Source: a virus (Duplodnaviria; Caudoviricetes). Taken from it: a DNA stretch of 64,000 nt. Shown here piece by piece: positions 59,501-64,000 of the stretch. A program made the translations under genes and the position numbers. The DNA lies in the IMG/VR virus record IMGVR_UViG_3300021256_000074, positions 37,101 to 101,100 of that record. One strand, 5' to 3'. Numbering within the stretch: position 1 is the first letter of the stretch; each line of letters starts with the position of its first letter. Under the pieces are notes generated by a model. That model did not search any database, was not told where the DNA came from, and saw nothing but the letters and a program-made list of their open reading frames with translations.

Positions 59501-62500
59501 AGAGAAGTTATACTATAGCTGCCAGAAGAGTATTATAAAAAACTTGAATCTGTTACAAATACATTAGAAAAACATATAATTCCTTTGTGGGTAGAAGCGT
59601 CTATGAAAGTTGGAGACGATATTGTAGACAACATTGTAGATACAGAAATGGTTGCTCAAGAAGAGGATATAGAAGCAGCAAAACAAGTTGCAAAAGACTG
59701 GTTGCATAAAAACGTAATGTACGGAGATATAACTTCTTTTGAAGCATATGTATAGAACTACTCTTATGTTAGAAATCCTATAATAAAACAAGTATTCCAT
59801 CTTATACAACATGCAGAACAAAAAACATTGGAAGATGTCGATAAAGTTGCGCCGTTGATAATTTAGAAATTTCAGAAAGCCGACAAACTGTTCAAAGACA
59901 TGTTTGGAAACTGGCAAACAGTAATGATGGAGTTTGACGAAGATGGCATTCCGACTGGAAATTTCGTAAGAGAAGTTAATTACGGTCAATACGAAAGAGA
60001 TTTGGTTAATTTTAGAAAACAACTGGATTACGATTTTATAAAAAGATATGGTTATACTTTTGTAAAAAATGAATCTGGTCAAATAGTAAATAGCGTAACC
60101 GGATCTCTAGCAGAAGATGATGAATGGACAGGACCTCACGAACCTGTTTATGTAGAATATCTTCGTAAAATAGAACAATTTAAATCTGAAAGATGTAATA
60201 GAAGATATATTCCGTCATATTATATAGAAAGATTAACTTAGCCGTATGATGGAACGCTTGATCCACTTTCTCCTGAATTTTAGAGTACTAAATTTAACCA
60301 TGGCTTATCTCCAAAAACTCTTAAAAAATATTAGTATTATCAGGAAAATATAAATTATTATTTGAGTCTGTGTGAAGATAAAGATACTGGTCTTTATTAT
60401 CCAGAAAGATTGTCTTAGGATGATTAGGATAGTTTGGACATGTATCAAAAACAACTAGAAGATATTTCTAATCCGTATAAATCAGATGGTACAATAAAGG
60501 AATCTGACGAACTAAAAACAGCATATGAGATTCGTGCTTGGCAAAAATGGATAGGAGAGCGATCGTACCGAGATTAGAACATGATTGCTTTCGAAAAAGA
60601 ATTGTCAGAGATAGAAGCAGAAGCAGCATCTACAGGAAATCCAAAACTGTTATAGGACTTTATAAGATATAATGCTACAATAAATATAAATCCGGATTAT
60701 ATAAAACAAACCATAGGTGGACTAAACGCTGTTCCACAGAGTGACGCAGATGTAATAAGGGCACAGCTTACCAGAGAAGCTTTACGTAATCTTGTAAGCG
60801 TTAAGACAGATTATACAAGAGACTTACAAAAAATGTTAAGACGTCCTATGTTCTTTAAGAATTTTAGGGATTAGGACGAAATAATAGAAAACAACAAAGA
60901 TACTTCTGGAGATAAAGATTTTGCTGAAGCATTTGAAGAAAGTTTTTATCAAGCCGATTTATTGTATGTTGACACGTATGGATTCTATGCAGACAATCTC
61001 GGTAATAAAGTATAGAAATAGCCCGATGGTACTTTTAAAACTACTTCTGGTACAGTTGTTAAACAAGAAGATCTTCTTACTGTTCACGACTTTATATTAA
61101 ATTTTTATACAGAACAAGTTATTAGAAACGGAGGAGTTTTAGATAATTTTATAGATTCTACCACAGGATCTCCTTATGTTTTTTCTGGTACAAGAAACGA
61201 AATACGTCAACAAATAAGGGAATTAATTCTTGATTATACAAAAACTACTCAAGAAGACGACGGTACAATAACCACAGAATTAGTACCCAGTACCGTATTT
61301 CGCATGTTATATCCAAAAAATGATAAATTTTTTAATCGTTCTACAGGTAAAACAGAACCAACTATATGGTATTCTCCAACTAATCGTTTTTCTACAACAA
61401 ACGGTGCATATATAAACGATAAATTCGATAAATCTTTAAACATAAGCGAATAGCCAAATATTAATTATGTAGATGCTTCTGGTAAAAGAAGATACGATAA
61501 TAGAAAAGCTTATGGCGAAATGTCAAAAGACAGAGAAGTAAAAGATTTATACGATATGCTGACAAAAGTTATGTTTGACGCATAGAAAATATGTAGATTA
61601 AAAAACAGACAGTTTAACTATAAACTTCCACAAATAAATGCACAAGTTACTGCACTTGTTAGTAGACTTTTTTAGACTGGTATGTCTGGTGTATCTGCAA
61701 GAGGTATTATAGATGCTATAACAACAATCGAAGAAAACGATGAAAATATGCGAGTTTCTGAAGATTATTACAGAGGCCCTGACGGACAAGTTGCAAACGA
61801 TGTACCTTTAAAATATATAAGAGATCTAAAAAATCCTGAAAATATTACTACAGATGTAACATATGCTGTAATAATGTTTTTAAACATGGCGTATAATTTT
61901 AAAAACAAATCAGAAATCGACGATGATATAAAACTATTACGCTACAATATGGATTCTAGCGACGGTGGATTTAGAGATGTTTATAATAGACGCATAAAAA
62001 GCGACCCTGACGAAATATCAAGCTTATCTGACAAAAACAGTGAAGAGATGTTTGATACAATGTTAAATAAGCACATGTATGGAAATCAGTGGGTAACCAG
62101 CCCGAAAGAAGGAGGCCCTGGTAAAGCAAGTGTTACATTTAGTAAAGCGATGCGTGAAATATAGTTCTTGGAATCTACTCAAATGCTTGGTGTAAATGCT
62201 TTTTCCATGCTTGTTGGTTTTGGCGATTCGTTTACAAGAATTGTATCCGAGTCTATTGCCGGAAAATACATGACGCTCGGTGACGTTTTATATAGTCTTG
62301 CTTATTGTATAATAAAAACTCCGCATGTTATAGCAAATATAAAAAATCCTCTAGCTAACAATAAACTTTCAGCCATGATGCATTTAAATGGTATAAGCAA
62401 AGGTGTTGAAAAAATATATGGTCATACGAACTGGAGTAGATTAAAGAAAATAACAACAGAGCTTCTTATGGGAGGTTTTTCAATGTTGGATTGGATGGCT

Positions 62501-63928
62501 AATTCTTTGTTAATGGTTGCTTTTTATCATAATAATAGATTCTTTGAAGGAGATACTTCTTTAGGTATACCTGCTGGATTTTATACAAAATATGAACTAC
62601 AACAAGCATTCATAAAAGCTGGTAAAAGTGCTTCAGATGCCAGTGCGTGTAGAATTTTTACAAAAGGTTTAGGCGGATATGAAACCTATAAATATGATAA
62701 GGACGGAAATAAAGTAAAAGTAAGAATACCTGGAAGATTAACTCTGTGGGATGCTTACGAATTTGAACCTTATGTGCAAGATGAAAACGGCAATTGGTAT
62801 AAAGCTATAGGACAATGTAGAGTTCGTCCAGAATTTGAACCGTATGTTAATCAAACCATAAAGACAAGAATTGCTACAAAAGTCAAAAAACGCGGCGCTT
62901 TGTATAATGGTATGAACCCAGATAATGATATTCCTAAATGGAAATAGACAATTATAGGTTCTTTTGTCGGAGCACTAAGATCTTGGTTATTTTAGGCTTA
63001 TCAACATATGTTTGCTGGTGGTACTGATAATATAGTAGTGAATTATGAAAATTTGTCCGACGTGACACAAACAAAATATGGTTCTGTTAAAAACAGGCGG
63101 CGTATAAAAATCAAAAGAACAAACGCTGAGCGAACAAGAAGGTTCTCATATGATTATGAAACAGGAACTCCGCAAGATCAGATTATTATAGGTCTTATAA
63201 GATCTGTAGCAACAATGTTTAAAAAAATACAACACGTTGTTGCCCCAGGTAAACACGAATCTGCAAAATTTTCTTACGTTGAAAAATACGCAATGTTTGA
63301 TAGTATAGTATATCTAGCTATGCTTGCATGTTTAGCAACAGCGTGGCCTTTAGTGTATTCTTGGAGTTCGGATGTTCCAGAACCTAAGAACAGAGAAGAA
63401 GCAGGACCTGCATCAATGTTAAACCCTGTTGATTATTACGATTTTATAAAAAATCAATATATTCCAAATCAATATTATAAGCTTGCTGCAAGTGATATTT
63501 TATTTAGAATTGTAGAAGCTAAAGTATCAAACATTGATCCTACCCAAGCTTTCGATTTGATAACATCATTTACTACTTTATACAGCGGATTAAAAAATCA
63601 AATGGGTCTTAGTGATTTTATATATATGGCAATGGATGCAGATAAAGATCCATCTGATATAGTCAACCAAGGAGGATATCATTATTATACTCTTGGAGAA
63701 CGCGCTTTATATAAAGCATTTGGTCCTATCGGAAACATGCATACTTGGCTAACTTATTATGGTACTGTAAATAATGAACGATGGTATTTAAACAAGTTCG
63801 GTAAGCTATATAAATTTGTAGGGTACGATCCACAACCAAGAACTAAACGTGGTGGTAAAGCAAATGATATGAACTTAAACATGAATATGAATATGAATTT
63901 AAACATGAATATGAATATGAATTTTTAA
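56528..63928 (+). CDS. Large polyvalent virion protein with ART-like and zincin domains, 2466 aa (code 15)
   Basis: One frame with only TAG interruptions; FLEWFGDW, DANGEPLILWHGT...FFFTD...PVYLNMKNP...PNQIKS (ART-PolyVal-like); HELIH at 58703-58717; ends TAA. Confidence 0.85.
63869..63925 (+). repeat. ATGAAT hexamer array encoding an (M/L)N dipeptide tail
   Basis: The 24-nt unit TTAAAC(ATGAAT)3 occurs twice exactly (63875-63898, 63899-63922). Confidence 0.9.
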
Positions 63929-63970
63929 TTTATATCATACAATTGTACTTTATATTATATTCAATAATAC

Positions 63971-63996
63971 AAAAAGCCTATGACTAGAAGTCGTAG
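63971..63996. terminator. Possible terminator hairpin at end of the late block (may be cut by window edge)
   Basis: AAAAAG precedes CTATGACT-AGA-AGTCGTAG; the A-run would be a U-tract on the minus strand. Confidence 0.35.
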
Positions 63997-64000
63997 TATA

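Noticed and set aside
63869-63925. CRISPR array or origin iterons
   Set aside because: No spacers; the repeat is a short in-frame coding microsatellite.
564-63928. Fragmented ORFs as pseudogenes or sequencing errors
   Set aside because: Breaks are always in-frame TAG, never frameshifts or TAA/TGA, and essential motifs are intact; recoding explains them.

Overview
The window is the structural/late half of a crAss-like phage (order Crassvirales; gene order and protein types fit a Bacteroidota host; family not determinable here). It uses an alternative genetic code in which TAG is read as Gln (table 15). The supplied ORF track is fragmented because it stops at TAG. Reading through TAG gives 36 complete, tightly packed + strand genes, all ending in TAA or TGA, many with overlapping stop/start codons. 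Order: tail-fibre/spike-type genes (including a 2277-aa LamG + CotH-kinase-like + LRR protein and a BspA-type LRR protein); an aberrant tRNA-shaped RNA leading a five-gene uncharacterised cassette; GH108 endolysin; terminase; portal; major capsid; ring proteins; auxiliary capsid protein; holin and spanin-like gene; IHF-like protein; muzzle/tail stabiliser; cargo proteins; a single 5581-aa virion RNA polymerase polyprotein (DFDID); and a 2466-aa polyvalent protein with two ART-like domains and a zincin motif. No amber-suppressor tRNA, CRISPR array, DGR reverse transcriptase, intron or intein was seen. Product calls come from motif recognition and synteny by eye, not database searches.
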